Shown: one piece after another, positions 49,814 to 61,365 of the stretch
How the letters are laid out: each line of letters starts with the position of its first letter
How positions within the stretch are numbered: position 1 is the stretch's first letter
Assembly: GCF_003334335.1 (NCBI RefSeq)
Contig: NZ_QOWQ01000003.1
DNA: 64,000 bases
Strand: one strand, 5' to 3'
Source of the DNA: Escherichia coli
GTDB lineage: Bacteria; Pseudomonadota; Gammaproteobacteria; Enterobacterales; Enterobacteriaceae
The notes under the pieces: generated by a model
The model's database searches: none
What the model was told of the DNA's origin: nothing
The model's input: only the letters and a program-made list of their open reading frames with translations
Made by a program: the position numbers and the translations under genes

Positions 49814-50560
49814 TCAGAATTTGTAGGTGATCCCGGTAGAAATCAGGCCAGTCCAGGATTTATCCACCATCGGGCTGTCAGTAACTTCATCAGACAGACG
49901 GGTGTAGCGTGCGGTACCGTAAACACTCCAGTCGCCGAGGAAGTTGTAGCTGGCGCTCAGCTCCAGGTAAGGGCTCCAGCTGTCGTTCGGGTTATAGCCA
50001 CGCAGACCGCTGCGAGCGGACTCTTTGCGCGATACGCCATAATAGTATTCGTTCTGGTTTTCGCTGTTCCACTGCACACCAATACCCGGAGTCACGGTCA
50101 GGCCACCGTTGGTGTAACGATACAACCAGGCCATATCCCAGACGATGCCGTTGCTGTTATCCAGGGTATCGCCAGCCAGGGTGGTACGCAGGTAACCGTA
50201 CTGGGTAAAGTGAGCATAAGACAGACCAGCCATCATGGTGCTCTTACGGTCATCCAGGTGACGCATTTGGTGATCGCCACTGTCTTTCGCTTTGAAGTAA
50301 AGCGGCGACCAGTAAGCGGTAATTGAAAGTTTATCCGTTGCGTCATTCCACAGGTAGTAACCACCACCTAAGCCACGGAACCAGAAGTTATCGCCTTCAT
50401 AGTTGATTACCGGTACTGGGTAAACATCGGTATCGTAATCTTTATATGGGTGTTCAACGACACCTACGCCTGCGCCCAGGGAAAATTTACCTTCAGCGTG
50501 CGCTACGCCTGCAGACGTTGCGATAAGCACTCCAAGTGCCAGAAGTTTGAGTTTGGTCAC
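49814..50560 (-). CDS. mipA: outer-membrane MltA-interacting scaffold protein
   Basis: 248-aa ORF from GTG with a signal peptide ending AHA and a terminal ..GITYKF beta-barrel signature. Confidence 0.9.
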   Translation of the reverse strand: MTKLKLLALGVLIATSAGVAHAEGKFSLGAGVGVVEHPYKDYDTDVYPVPVINYEGDNFWFRGLGGGYYLWNDATDKLSITAYWSPLYFKAKDSGDHQMRHLDDRKSTMMAGLSYAHFTQYGYLRTTLAGDTLDNSNGIVWDMAWLYRYTNGGLTVTPGIGVQWNSENQNEYYYGVSRKESARSGLRGYNPNDSWSPYLELSASYNFLGDWSVYGTARYTRLSDEVTDSPMVDKSWTGLISTGITYKF

Positions 50561-50876
50561 AATTAATCATTCCTTAAACAAATGTTTAGCGGGCGACAAA
50601 GTTTACCCGTCAATACATCGAAACCCAACCTTTTTACGTTTTCATTTTTTAAAGTAACTGTTTAATTTTCCTGACGCGGATGACACCGCGCTTACAGCCA
50701 AATGAATTTAGCGTTACTGGCGAGCCTGGTCTTTACATTAATTATGCAAAATTTATGGATGAGTTGTTGATATGCCATTGAAATTAAGAAAGCCGTGCAG
50801 GCAAGTTTTCCATTTGCCATCTACGCTTAATTTTGAAGGTGTATCACCGGGCACGTTGTTCTCATCGTCGATAAAA

Positions 50877-50892
50877 TGGCATGAGAGTTGCT
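50877..50892 (+). promoter_or_regulatory. sigma54 (-24/-12) promoter upstream of yeaG
   Basis: TGGCATgagagTTGCT (consensus TGGCAC-N5-TTGCW), about 104 nt upstream of the yeaG ATG. Confidence 0.65.
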
Positions 50893-50995
50893 GTGTTTTA
50901 GCAAGAGACGTCGTTCAGTTTACCTCTTCCGGGAGCCTCTACTATTCATATGAACGGCTCTTAACCTGTGCTAAAAAACGAAAGGACGGCATACC

Positions 50996-52930
50996 ATGAA
51001 TATATTCGATCACTATCGCCAGCGATATGAAGCTGCCAAGGACGAAGAGTTCACACTGCAGGAGTTTCTTACCACTTGTCGGCAAGATCGCAGTGCTTAT
51101 GCCAACGCGGCTGAGCGGCTATTGATGGCTATCGGTGAGCCTGTCATGGTCGATACAGCCCAGGAACCCAGACTTTCTCGACTCTTTTCTAACCGGGTCA
51201 TTGCACGTTATCCGGCGTTTGAAGAGTTTTACGGCATGGAAGACGCGATTGAACAGATTGTCTCTTATCTGAAACACGCGGCTCAGGGGCTGGAAGAGAA
51301 GAAACAAATCCTGTATCTGCTGGGGCCTGTGGGTGGGGGTAAATCATCGCTTGCTGAGCGACTGAAATCATTAATGCAGCTCGTACCGATTTATGTATTG
51401 AGCGCGAACGGTGAGCGTAGCCCGGTCAACGATCATCCGTTCTGTCTTTTCAATCCGCAGGAAGATGCGCAGATTCTGGAAAAAGAGTATGGCATTCCTC
51501 GCCGTTATCTCGGCACCATCATGTCGCCGTGGGCGGCAAAACGCCTGCATGAATTTGGTGGCGATATCACTAAGTTCCGGGTAGTGAAGGTCTGGCCGTC
51601 AATTCTGCAACAAATTGCTATCGCCAAAACGGAACCCGGCGATGAGAACAACCAGGACATCTCCGCGCTGGTTGGGAAAGTCGATATTCGTAAACTCGAA
51701 CACTACGCGCAGAATGACCCGGACGCCTACGGCTATTCCGGTGCGCTGTGCCGCGCCAATCAGGGGATCATGGAATTCGTTGAGATGTTTAAAGCACCGA
51801 TTAAAGTGCTGCATCCCTTGTTAACCGCCACTCAGGAAGGTAACTACAACGGGACGGAAGGTATCTCCGCCCTGCCGTTCAACGGGATTATTCTCGCACA
51901 CTCGAACGAGTCCGAATGGGTCACTTTCCGTAATAACAAAAACAACGAAGCCTTCCTCGATCGTGTTTACATCGTGAAGGTGCCGTATTGCTTGCGCATT
52001 TCCGAAGAGATCAAAATCTACGAGAAATTGCTTAATCACAGTGAATTGACTCACGCCCCATGCGCCCCTGGCACGCTCGAAACACTGTCACGTTTTTCCA
52101 TTCTTTCGCGCCTGAAAGAGCCAGAAAACTCCAGCATTTATTCAAAGATGCGGGTTTATGATGGCGAAAGTCTGAAAGACACCGATCCCAAAGCCAAGTC
52201 GTATCAGGAATATCGTGACTACGCCGGTGTCGATGAAGGGATGAACGGTCTGTCGACGCGTTTTGCGTTTAAGATCCTCTCCCGCGTGTTCAACTTCGAT
52301 CATGTAGAAGTGGCAGCAAACCCGGTCCATCTGTTCTACGTCCTGGAACAGCAGATTGAGCGCGAGCAGTTCCCACAAGAGCAGGCAGAACGCTATCTGG
52401 AGTTCCTGAAAGGTTATCTGATCCCGAAATATGCCGAGTTTATCGGCAAAGAGATCCAGACGGCCTACCTTGAATCCTATTCCGAATATGGGCAAAACAT
52501 TTTCGACCGTTATGTTACCTACGCGGATTTCTGGATTCAGGATCAGGAGTATCGCGATCCGGATACCGGGCAGCTGTTTGACCGCGAGTCTCTTAACGCC
52601 GAGCTGGAGAAAATCGAGAAACCGGCGGGGATCAGTAATCCAAAAGATTTCCGCAACGAGATTGTTAACTTCGTACTGCGCGCCAGAGCGAATAACAGCG
52701 GACGCAATCCGAACTGGACCAGCTATGAAAAACTGCGCACGGTCATCGAGAAGAAAATGTTCTCCAATACCGAGGAGCTGTTGCCGGTTATCTCGTTTAA
52801 CGCCAAAACGTCAACCGACGAGCAGAAGAAACACGACGACTTTGTCGACCGTATGATGGAAAAAGGCTACACCCGTAAACAGGTGCGTTTACTGTGCGAA
52901 TGGTATTTGCGCGTACGTAAATCGTCTTAA
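50996..52930 (+). CDS. yeaG: PrkA-family serine protein kinase / AAA-type ATPase
   Basis: 644-aa ORF with a Walker A motif, LLGPVGGGKSSLAERL. Confidence 0.92.
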   Translation: MNIFDHYRQRYEAAKDEEFTLQEFLTTCRQDRSAYANAAERLLMAIGEPVMVDTAQEPRLSRLFSNRVIARYPAFEEFYGMEDAIEQIVSYLKHAAQGLEEKKQILYLLGPVGGGKSSLAERLKSLMQLVPIYVLSANGERSPVNDHPFCLFNPQEDAQILEKEYGIPRRYLGTIMSPWAAKRLHEFGGDITKFRVVKVWPSILQQIAIAKTEPGDENNQDISALVGKVDIRKLEHYAQNDPDAYGYSGALCRANQGIMEFVEMFKAPIKVLHPLLTATQEGNYNGTEGISALPFNGIILAHSNESEWVTFRNNKNNEAFLDRVYIVKVPYCLRISEEIKIYEKLLNHSELTHAPCAPGTLETLSRFSILSRLKEPENSSIYSKMRVYDGESLKDTDPKAKSYQEYRDYAGVDEGMNGLSTRFAFKILSRVFNFDHVEVAANPVHLFYVLEQQIEREQFPQEQAERYLEFLKGYLIPKYAEFIGKEIQTAYLESYSEYGQNIFDRYVTYADFWIQDQEYRDPDTGQLFDRESLNAELEKIEKPAGISNPKDFRNEIVNFVLRARANNSGRNPNWTSYEKLRTVIEKKMFSNTEELLPVISFNAKTSTDEQKKHDDFVDRMMEKGYTRKQVRLLCEWYLRVRKSS

Positions 52931-52937
52931 CAACCCT

Positions 52938-52962
52938 GGCCCGGTACACATGTTACCGGGCC
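52938..52962 (+). other. intra-operon stem-loop between yeaG and yeaH
   Basis: 9-bp stem ggcccggta/taccgggcc with a 7-nt loop and no T-run, 8 nt after the yeaG stop. Confidence 0.5.
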
Positions 52963-53030
52963 TACAACGACAGCGAACCGTGGGCCTGAGAAGCGGCAAC
53001 ACAGGCGTAGCATACAGTTGGCAAATGTAG

Positions 53031-54326
<1,296 letters not shown>

Positions 54327-54330
54327 AACT

Positions 54331-54364
54331 ATCAGCCAGGTCATTATCGCCTGGCTGATTTTTA
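54331..54364 (+). terminator. rho-independent terminator of yeaGH
   Basis: atcagccagg-tcattatcg-cctggctgat followed by tttt. Confidence 0.8.
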
Positions 54365-54472
54365 GCTTACTGTAAATTATCTCATTTATTACATACATTA
54401 GCTTACAATCGCTTTAAATATGACAGCATAACCTTTACATAATTTAGTTCCAGAAAACAATCATTCGGAAAA

Positions 54473-55948
54473 ATGATTCAGTCAACACGTATTTCCATGG
54501 GGTTATTCTTTAAATATTTTTTATCGTTAACGAAAATTGATCCTGGTCAAAACTATATATCTCTGCCATCAATAAAATCCAGCACTCACATTGCTCTCCT
54601 TTTTATGGTTTCTATGGGTACACAAAAATTAAAAGCTCAAAGCTTTTTTATTTTCAGTTTATTGCTGACGTTAATTTTATTTTGCATTACTACCTTATAT
54701 AACGAAAACACAAATGTAAAACTCATCCCACAGATGAATTACCTGATGGTTGTTGTGGCTTTGTTTTTCCTTAACGCCGTCATTTTTCTTTTCATGTTAA
54801 TGAAATATTTCACTAACAAACAAATTTTACCAACACTCATTTTAAGCCTTGCATTTTTAAGTGGCCTTATCTATTTAGTTGAAACCATTGTAATTATCCA
54901 TAAACCAATTAACGGCAGTACACTGATCCAGACAAAGTCGAATGATGTTTCTATTTTCTATATTTTCCGCCAACTCAGTTTTATTTGTTTAACCTCGCTG
55001 GCGCTCTTTTGTTATGGAAAAGACAACATCCTTGACAACAATAAGAAAAAAACGGGAATCCTGTTGCTGGCGCTGATCCCTTTTTTAGTTTTTCCCCTTC
55101 TGGCACACAATCTGAGCAGTTATAACGCTGACTATTCTTTGTATGTCGTCGATTACTGTCCGGACAACCATACTGCGACCTGGGGAATCAACTATACAAA
55201 AATATTGGTTTGTCTGTGGGCATTTTTACTGTTCTTTATTATCATGCGCACACGATTAGCCAGCGAACTATGGCCGTTAATAGCATTATTATGTCTGGCA
55301 TCGCTATGCTGCAACTTACTTCTACTGACTCTGGATGAGTATAATTATACTATCTGGTATATCAGTCGCGGGATTGAAGTTTCCAGTAAACTGTTTGTTG
55401 TGTCTTTTCTGATTTATAACATTTTTCAGGAGCTGCAACTCTCCAGCAAACTGGCAGTTCATGATGTGCTGACCAATATTTATAATCGGCGCTACTTTTT
55501 CAACAGCGTAGAGTCATTATTGTCGCGACCTGTTGTTAAGGACTTCTGTGTCATGCTGGTTGATATTAATCAGTTCAAACGCATCAATGCCCAATGGGGA
55601 CATCGTGTGGGTGATAAAGTGCTGGTTTCAATTGTCGATATTATCCAGCAAAGCATCCGCCCCGATGATATTTTAGCGCGACTGGAGGGTGAGGTGTTTG
55701 GCTTGCTATTTACCGAACTCAATAGTGCCCAGGCAAAAATCATTGCGGAACGTATGCGTAAAAATGTCGAACTCCTGACCGGCTTTAGTAACAGATATGA
55801 TGTTCCTGAACAAATGACCATCAGTATTGGCACGGTTTTTTCAACGGGTGACACGCGTAATATCTCGCTTGTCATGACGGAAGCAGATAAAGCCTTACGC
55901 GAAGCGAAAAGCGAGGGGGGCAACAAAGTGATTATTCATCATATTTAA
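54473..55948 (+). CDS. yeaI: membrane-anchored degenerate GGDEF protein (c-di-GMP binding effector type)
   Basis: 491-aa ORF with an N-terminal multi-TM region. The GGDEF position reads EGEVF, with an RxxD site (RPDD) 5 residues upstream. Also named cdgI. Confidence 0.9.
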   Translation: MIQSTRISMGLFFKYFLSLTKIDPGQNYISLPSIKSSTHIALLFMVSMGTQKLKAQSFFIFSLLLTLILFCITTLYNENTNVKLIPQMNYLMVVVALFFLNAVIFLFMLMKYFTNKQILPTLILSLAFLSGLIYLVETIVIIHKPINGSTLIQTKSNDVSIFYIFRQLSFICLTSLALFCYGKDNILDNNKKKTGILLLALIPFLVFPLLAHNLSSYNADYSLYVVDYCPDNHTATWGINYTKILVCLWAFLLFFIIMRTRLASELWPLIALLCLASLCCNLLLLTLDEYNYTIWYISRGIEVSSKLFVVSFLIYNIFQELQLSSKLAVHDVLTNIYNRRYFFNSVESLLSRPVVKDFCVMLVDINQFKRINAQWGHRVGDKVLVSIVDIIQQSIRPDDILARLEGEVFGLLFTELNSAQAKIIAERMRKNVELLTGFSNRYDVPEQMTISIGTVFSTGDTRNISLVMTEADKALREAKSEGGNKVIIHHI

Positions 55949-56128
55949 GTGCAAAAATATTCAGAGCCATGCTTTTTGCGTGGCTTTTGCATACAATTTA
56001 TTACTATTACCCCTAAATTTCCCCTCCCCAGCGGCGCAGAGATGAGTATAATTAGCGCCCCTGTGCCAGGCCGCAATCGAACTTTATCTGGTTTTCTCGT
56101 TTCACTAACCGAAGGAGTGCCATTTATC

Positions 56129-57619
56129 ATGAAATTGCACCATAGAATGCTCCGGCATTTTATCGCCGCAAGTGTCATTGTGCTGACATCTTCCTTCCTT
56201 ATTTTTGAACTTGTCGCCAGCGACAGAGCAATGAGTGCCTATCTGCGCTATATCGTGCAGAAAGCAGACTCCTCCTTTCTTTATGATAAGTATCAGAATC
56301 AGAGTATTGCCGCGCATGTGATGCGCGCTCTCGCTGCTGAGCAGTCGGAAGTGTCGCCAGAACAGCGGCGCGCCATCTGCGAGGCTTTTGAGTCTGCCAA
56401 TAACACCCATGGCTTAAACCTGACTGCCCATAAATACCCGGGCTTACGCGGCACACTACAAACCGCATCCACTGACTGCGACACAATTGTGGAAGCTGCA
56501 GCACTATTACCCGCTTTTGATCAGGCAGTGGAAGGCAACCGCCACCAGGATGATTACGGTTCAGGTCTTGGGATGGCCGAAGAGAAATTTCACTATTATC
56601 TCGATCTCAATGACCGCTATGTCTATTTTTATGAGCCGGTTAATGTTGAATACTTTGCGATGAATAACTGGTCCTTCCTGCAGTCAGGAAGTATTGGCAT
56701 CGATCGCAAAGATATTGAAAAGGTATTTACCGGGCGTACCGTATTGTCGAGCATTTACCAGGATCAGCGTACTAAACAGAACGTGATGAGTTTGCTGACG
56801 CCGGTATATGTCGCAGGGCAGCTAAAAGGGATTGTGCTGCTGGATATTAACAAAAACAATCTGCGGAATATCTTTTATACTCATGACCGCCCTCTCCTCT
56901 GGCGTTTTCTCAATGTCACGCTAACCGATACCGATTCGGGGCGCGACATTATCATCAACCAGAGCGAAGATAATCTGTTCCAGTATGTCAGTTACGTCCA
57001 TGACTTACCGGGCGGCATTCGTGTCTCGTTATCCATTGATATTCTTTACTTTATCACGTCTTCGTGGAAAAGCGTTCTGTTCTGGATTTTGACGGCGTTA
57101 ATTTTGCTGAATATGGTGCGGATGCACTTCCGTTTATACCAAAATGTGTCGCGAGAAAATATTTGTGATGCGATGACTGGACTGTATAATCGCAAAATTT
57201 TAACCCCTGAACTGGAGCAGCGGTTGCAGAAACTGGTGCAATCCGGTTCTTCGGTGATGTTTATTGCTATTGACATGGACAAGTTAAAGCAAATAAATGA
57301 CACCCTCGGTCATCAGGAGGGGGATTTAGCGATTACGTTATTAGCTCAGGCGATTAAACAGTCGATTCGTAAAAGTGATTATGCCATCCGACTCGGTGGC
57401 GATGAATTCTGCATCATTCTTGTCGATTCGACGCCGCAAATTGCAGCACAACTGCCTGAACGTATCGAAAAACGTCTGCAACATATCGCGCCGCAGAAAG
57501 AGATCGGCTTCTCTTCCGGTATTTACGCGATGAAAGAAAACGATACGTTACATGATGCGTATAAAGCTTCCGATGAGCGTTTATATGTCAATAAGCAGAA
57601 CAAAAACAGCCGTTCATGA
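56129..57619 (+). CDS. yeaJ: membrane-bound diguanylate cyclase
   Basis: Start at MKLHHRMLRHF (496 aa) downstream of gaaggag. Intact GGDEF (RLGGDEFCIIL) with the RKSD I-site. Also named dgcJ. Confidence 0.9.
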   Translation: MKLHHRMLRHFIAASVIVLTSSFLIFELVASDRAMSAYLRYIVQKADSSFLYDKYQNQSIAAHVMRALAAEQSEVSPEQRRAICEAFESANNTHGLNLTAHKYPGLRGTLQTASTDCDTIVEAAALLPAFDQAVEGNRHQDDYGSGLGMAEEKFHYYLDLNDRYVYFYEPVNVEYFAMNNWSFLQSGSIGIDRKDIEKVFTGRTVLSSIYQDQRTKQNVMSLLTPVYVAGQLKGIVLLDINKNNLRNIFYTHDRPLLWRFLNVTLTDTDSGRDIIINQSEDNLFQYVSYVHDLPGGIRVSLSIDILYFITSSWKSVLFWILTALILLNMVRMHFRLYQNVSRENICDAMTGLYNRKILTPELEQRLQKLVQSGSSVMFIAIDMDKLKQINDTLGHQEGDLAITLLAQAIKQSIRKSDYAIRLGGDEFCIILVDSTPQIAAQLPERIEKRLQHIAPQKEIGFSSGIYAMKENDTLHDAYKASDERLYVNKQNKNSRS

Positions 57620-57661
57620 TAACCTTCTGTGGTTGTTTGCTTGTAATCTCAGGAGCGTGAA

Positions 57662-58165
57662 ATGACTGAAATGGCTAAAGGAAGCGTGACGCATCAGCGG
57701 TTAATCGCTTTATTATCACAAGAAGGTGCTGACTTCCGCGTCGTTACCCATGAAGCGGTAGGTAAATGTGAAGCGGTGTCAGAAATTCGTGGCACCGCTC
57801 TAGGCCAGGGTGCTAAGGCACTGGTATGTAAAGTCAAAGGCAATGGCGTAAATCAACATGTTCTGGCGATCCTCGCAGCCGATCAACAGGCCGATCTGAG
57901 CCAACTCGCCAGCCATATAGGCGGATTACGCGCTTCGTTGGCCAGCCCGGCGGAAGTCGATGAACTCACAGGCTGTGTCTTCGGCGCGATCCCCCCTTTC
58001 AGCTTCCATCCAAAACTCAAACTGGTTGCCGACCCTCTACTCTTCGAACGATTTGATGAAATCGCCTTCAATGCAGGCATGCTGGATAAATCCGTTATTT
58101 TGAAAACCGCGGATTATTTGCGCATTGCGCAACCAGAACTGGTCAATTTCCGCCGCACTGCGTAA
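57662..58165 (+). CDS. yeaK: YbaK/ProX-like aminoacyl-tRNA trans-editing deacylase
   Basis: 167-aa ORF recognised as YeaK. Confidence 0.86.
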   Translation: MTEMAKGSVTHQRLIALLSQEGADFRVVTHEAVGKCEAVSEIRGTALGQGAKALVCKVKGNGVNQHVLAILAADQQADLSQLASHIGGLRASLASPAEVDELTGCVFGAIPPFSFHPKLKLVADPLLFERFDEIAFNAGMLDKSVILKTADYLRIAQPELVNFRRTA

Positions 58166-58270
58166 CTAGCCGGTCCGTTCGATAAGAAGAACGGACAAAA
58201 CCAGTACAACAGCAATGGCAAAAAACGATGACGTGATAATCAGTGTCTCGACAAACATTTGATCGTTCAT
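58166..58270 (-). CDS. yoaI: 34-aa single-TM small membrane protein
   Basis: Hand translation of the minus strand gives [34 protein letters not shown]. It is below the ORF-track cutoff. Its TAG stop abuts the yeaK TAA. Confidence 0.8.
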   Translation of the reverse strand: MNDQMFVETLIITSSFFAIAVVLVLSVLLIERTG

Positions 58271-58320
58271 AGCATGCCCCCGGGAGATAGCTGTTTTCAC
58301 GTTATTGTTAGCGTGCACAA

Positions 58321-58338
58321 ATGGCAGTTTGATGACAG
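58321..58338 (-). promoter_or_regulatory. Pho box (PhoB binding site) at the -35 position of the yoaI promoter
   Basis: The minus strand reads CTGTCATCAAACTGCCAT (consensus CTGTCATAWAWCTGTCAY), 51-68 nt upstream of the yoaI ATG. A -10-like taacaat lies downstream of it. Confidence 0.6.
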
Positions 58339-58439
58339 TTCGCCTGATTTTTTATGCAAAAAACGTAAAGATTTTCTACTTCCTTCCTGCAGCAAGCGTA
58401 AAGTAAGCAGGCTTATTATTTTTTGGCAAGGAAACCACG

Positions 58440-58886
58440 ATGTTTGATGTCACTTTGCTGATCCTGCTCGGGTTAGCTGCGCTGGGCTTTATCAGTCATA
58501 ACACCACTGTCGCCGTTTCAATTCTGGTGTTAATCATTGTCCGCGTCACACCGTTAAGCACCTTTTTTCCGTGGATTGAAAAACAGGGGCTAAGTATCGG
58601 GATAATCATTCTGACGATTGGCGTTATGGCCCCCATCGCCAGCGGGACGCTACCGCCCTCAACCTTGATTCACTCGTTTCTGAACTGGAAATCACTGGTG
58701 GCGATTGCAGTAGGCGTGATTGTCTCCTGGCTGGGTGGGCGCGGCGTGACGTTAATGGGCAGCCAGCCGCAACTGGTCGCCGGGCTGCTGGTAGGCACTG
58801 TTTTAGGCGTAGCGCTGTTTCGCGGCGTACCGGTTGGGCCGCTTATTGCCGCGGGTCTGGTTTCGCTGATTGTGGGGAAACAGTAG
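58440..58886 (+). CDS. yeaL: DUF441-family inner-membrane protein
   Basis: 148-aa hydrophobic ORF. Confidence 0.86.
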
Positions 58887-59664
58887 TTAATCTCGCAATA
58901 TATCGGCCTGGCGTTTGCCCCAGGCCTTTCTTAAACATAGTAATAAAGGCCGTTGTTGAATCATACCCCAGCGTATGAGCAACTTTCTGTACAGTATCGC
59001 CTTTCACTAATCCCTGAAGCGCCATAATCAGCTGTAACTGCTGACGCCACTGGCGAAAACTCAACCCCGTCTCTTTTACTATCAGTCGGGCAAGATTGCG
59101 TTCACTCATCGCAAAAAAGCCAGCCCATTGCCCCAATGCCCCCCACTCGACAGGCCCTTTCGCCATCATCTCCACCATCGTGCGGATTTTAGGATGAGAA
59201 GAAACGGGCAGGTGCAGCTGTTGTTGTGGCTGCTGAGGGAGTTCATCAAACAGGACCTGAATTAATCTGCGGGTCATTGGCTCAGCACGCTGAGTCGTCG
59301 TCCTGTTTGCCAGGGTTAAAATTAATTCCCGGCATAAGGGCGATATTTTCAATGTGCAACATGTTGTCGGCATTGTCACTGCGCTGGGTTCGATAAACAG
59401 AAAACAGAGTTCAGCATTAGCTGTTACTTGATTGCTATGTTCCACCCCGCCCGGTATCCAAACCGCATATTGTGGCGGCACCATCCACAAAGCATTTTCC
59501 ACCGTACAGGTAATTGCACCATGTAGCGCCAGTATCAGCTGTCCTTTGCGGTGCTGATGTACAGGACTGGTTAACTCATCCGTTCCGGCGTGAATACAAA
59601 ATGCGACCGCGGCTTCATGGTGTCGGTCGGGTTCATAGCCATTGAGATTCAACCTGTGCATCAT
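58843..59664 (-). CDS. yeaM: AraC-family regulator (NimR)
   Basis: 273-aa ORF with an N-terminal cupin-like region and C-terminal AraC HTH. Divergent from yeaN. Its 3' end overlaps yeaL by 44 nt. Confidence 0.87.
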
Positions 59665-59760
59665 TTTGTCCGAACTTAGCGATAATTTGTCATTTTAGCT
59701 TGATTCAACATAACAATAAAAACGGTAAGGTACAGCCTCGTTTGTAACAATGAGAAGCAT

Positions 59761-60942
59761 ATGACCTGTTCAACTTCATTAAGCGGCAAAAACAGGATTG
59801 TCCTTATCGCTGGCATTCTGATGATTGCCACAACATTACGCGTCACCTTTACCGGCGCAGCACCGTTACTGGATACGATTCGTTCCGCTTACTCGCTGAC
59901 GACAGCGCAAACCGGCTTATTGACCACCCTGCCATTATTGGCCTTTGCGCTAATCTCACCTTTGGCTGCCCCGGTAGCGCGACGTTTTGGTATGGAACGT
60001 AGCCTGTTTGCCGCGTTACTTTTGATCTGTGCTGGTATCGCAATTCGCTCTCTCCCTTCGCCTTACTTATTATTTGGCGGTACAGCGGTCATTGGCGGTG
60101 GGATTGCATTAGGCAATGTCTTACTGCCAGGATTAATTAAACGCGATTTCCCTCATTCCGTCGCCAGACTTACCGGCGCATATTCCCTGACAATGGGAGC
60201 TGCAGCGGCACTGGGATCGGCTATGGTCGTGCCGCTGGCTTTGAACGGTTTTGGCTGGCAAGGCGCGTTGCTCATGCTGATGTGTTTTCCTCTGCTGGCT
60301 CTTTTTTTATGGCTGCCACAGTGGCGAAGTCAACAACATGCAAATTTGAGTACCTCGCGCGCCTTACATACTCGGGGTATCTGGCGTTCGCCGCTTGCCT
60401 GGCAGGTCACATTGTTTCTTGGGATCAACTCACTGGTCTATTACGTGATTATTGGCTGGCTTCCGGCGATCCTCATCAGTCACGGCTATAGCGAAGCACA
60501 GGCGGGTTCACTGCATGGTTTGCTGCAACTAGCCACAGCAGCACCCGGTTTGCTGATCCCACTTTTCTTACATCATGTGAAAGATCAGCGTGGTATTGCA
60601 GCGTTCGTTGCCTTGATGTGCGCAGTGGGCGCGGTTGGGCTCTGCTTTATGCCAGCGCACGCGATCACCTGGACTCTGCTTTTCGGTTTTGGTTCCGGCG
60701 CAACAATGATACTGGGGTTGACGTTCATTGGTCTGCGGGCTAGTTCTGCGCATCAGGCGGCGGCACTCTCGGGGATGGCACAATCCGTCGGGTATTTGTT
60801 GGCAGCCTGTGGGCCGCCGCTGATGGGTAAAATACACGATGCTAACGGTAACTGGTCTGTACCACTTATGGGTGTTGCCATACTTTCACTACTGATGGCG
60901 ATTTTCGGACTTTGCGCCGGGAGAGACAAAGAAATTCGCTAA
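59761..60942 (+). CDS. yeaN: MFS efflux transporter (NimT, cyanate-permease-like family)
   Basis: 393-aa 12-TM-type ORF. Confidence 0.87.
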   Translation: MTCSTSLSGKNRIVLIAGILMIATTLRVTFTGAAPLLDTIRSAYSLTTAQTGLLTTLPLLAFALISPLAAPVARRFGMERSLFAALLLICAGIAIRSLPSPYLLFGGTAVIGGGIALGNVLLPGLIKRDFPHSVARLTGAYSLTMGAAAALGSAMVVPLALNGFGWQGALLMLMCFPLLALFLWLPQWRSQQHANLSTSRALHTRGIWRSPLAWQVTLFLGINSLVYYVIIGWLPAILISHGYSEAQAGSLHGLLQLATAAPGLLIPLFLHHVKDQRGIAAFVALMCAVGAVGLCFMPAHAITWTLLFGFGSGATMILGLTFIGLRASSAHQAAALSGMAQSVGYLLAACGPPLMGKIHDANGNWSVPLMGVAILSLLMAIFGLCAGRDKEIR

Positions 60943-60996
60943 TATCCGGTGCTATAGTGACGTAACAAATCATGCGTGAAAGGGAGAACAAACACG

Positions 60997-61344
60997 ATGA
61001 ATATTCAGTGCAAACGCGTTTATGATCCGGCTGAACAGAGCGATGGTTATCGCATACTGGTCGACCGCCTCTGGCCGCGCGGTATCAAAAAAACCGATTT
61101 AGCCCTTGATGAGTGGGATAAAGAAATCACGCCGTCAACGGAACTGCGCAAAGCCTTTCACGGCGAAGTCGTCGATTATGCAACCTTTCGCGAGCAATAT
61201 CTTGCAGAACTGGCGCAACACGAGCAAGAAGGAAAGCGGCTGGCGGACATCGCCAAAAAACAGCCGCTGACCCTGCTCTACTCAGCAAAAAACACCACGC
61301 AGAACCATGCGCTGGTGCTGGCCGACTGGCTACGTAGCTTGTGA
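60997..61344 (+). CDS. yeaO: DUF488-family protein
   Basis: Start at MNIQCKRVYDPAEQSDGYRILVDRLWPRG (115 aa). Confidence 0.85.
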   Translation: MNIQCKRVYDPAEQSDGYRILVDRLWPRGIKKTDLALDEWDKEITPSTELRKAFHGEVVDYATFREQYLAELAQHEQEGKRLADIAKKQPLTLLYSAKNTTQNHALVLADWLRSL

Positions 61345-61365
61345 TTTTAGTACAGCATCCGGCGG

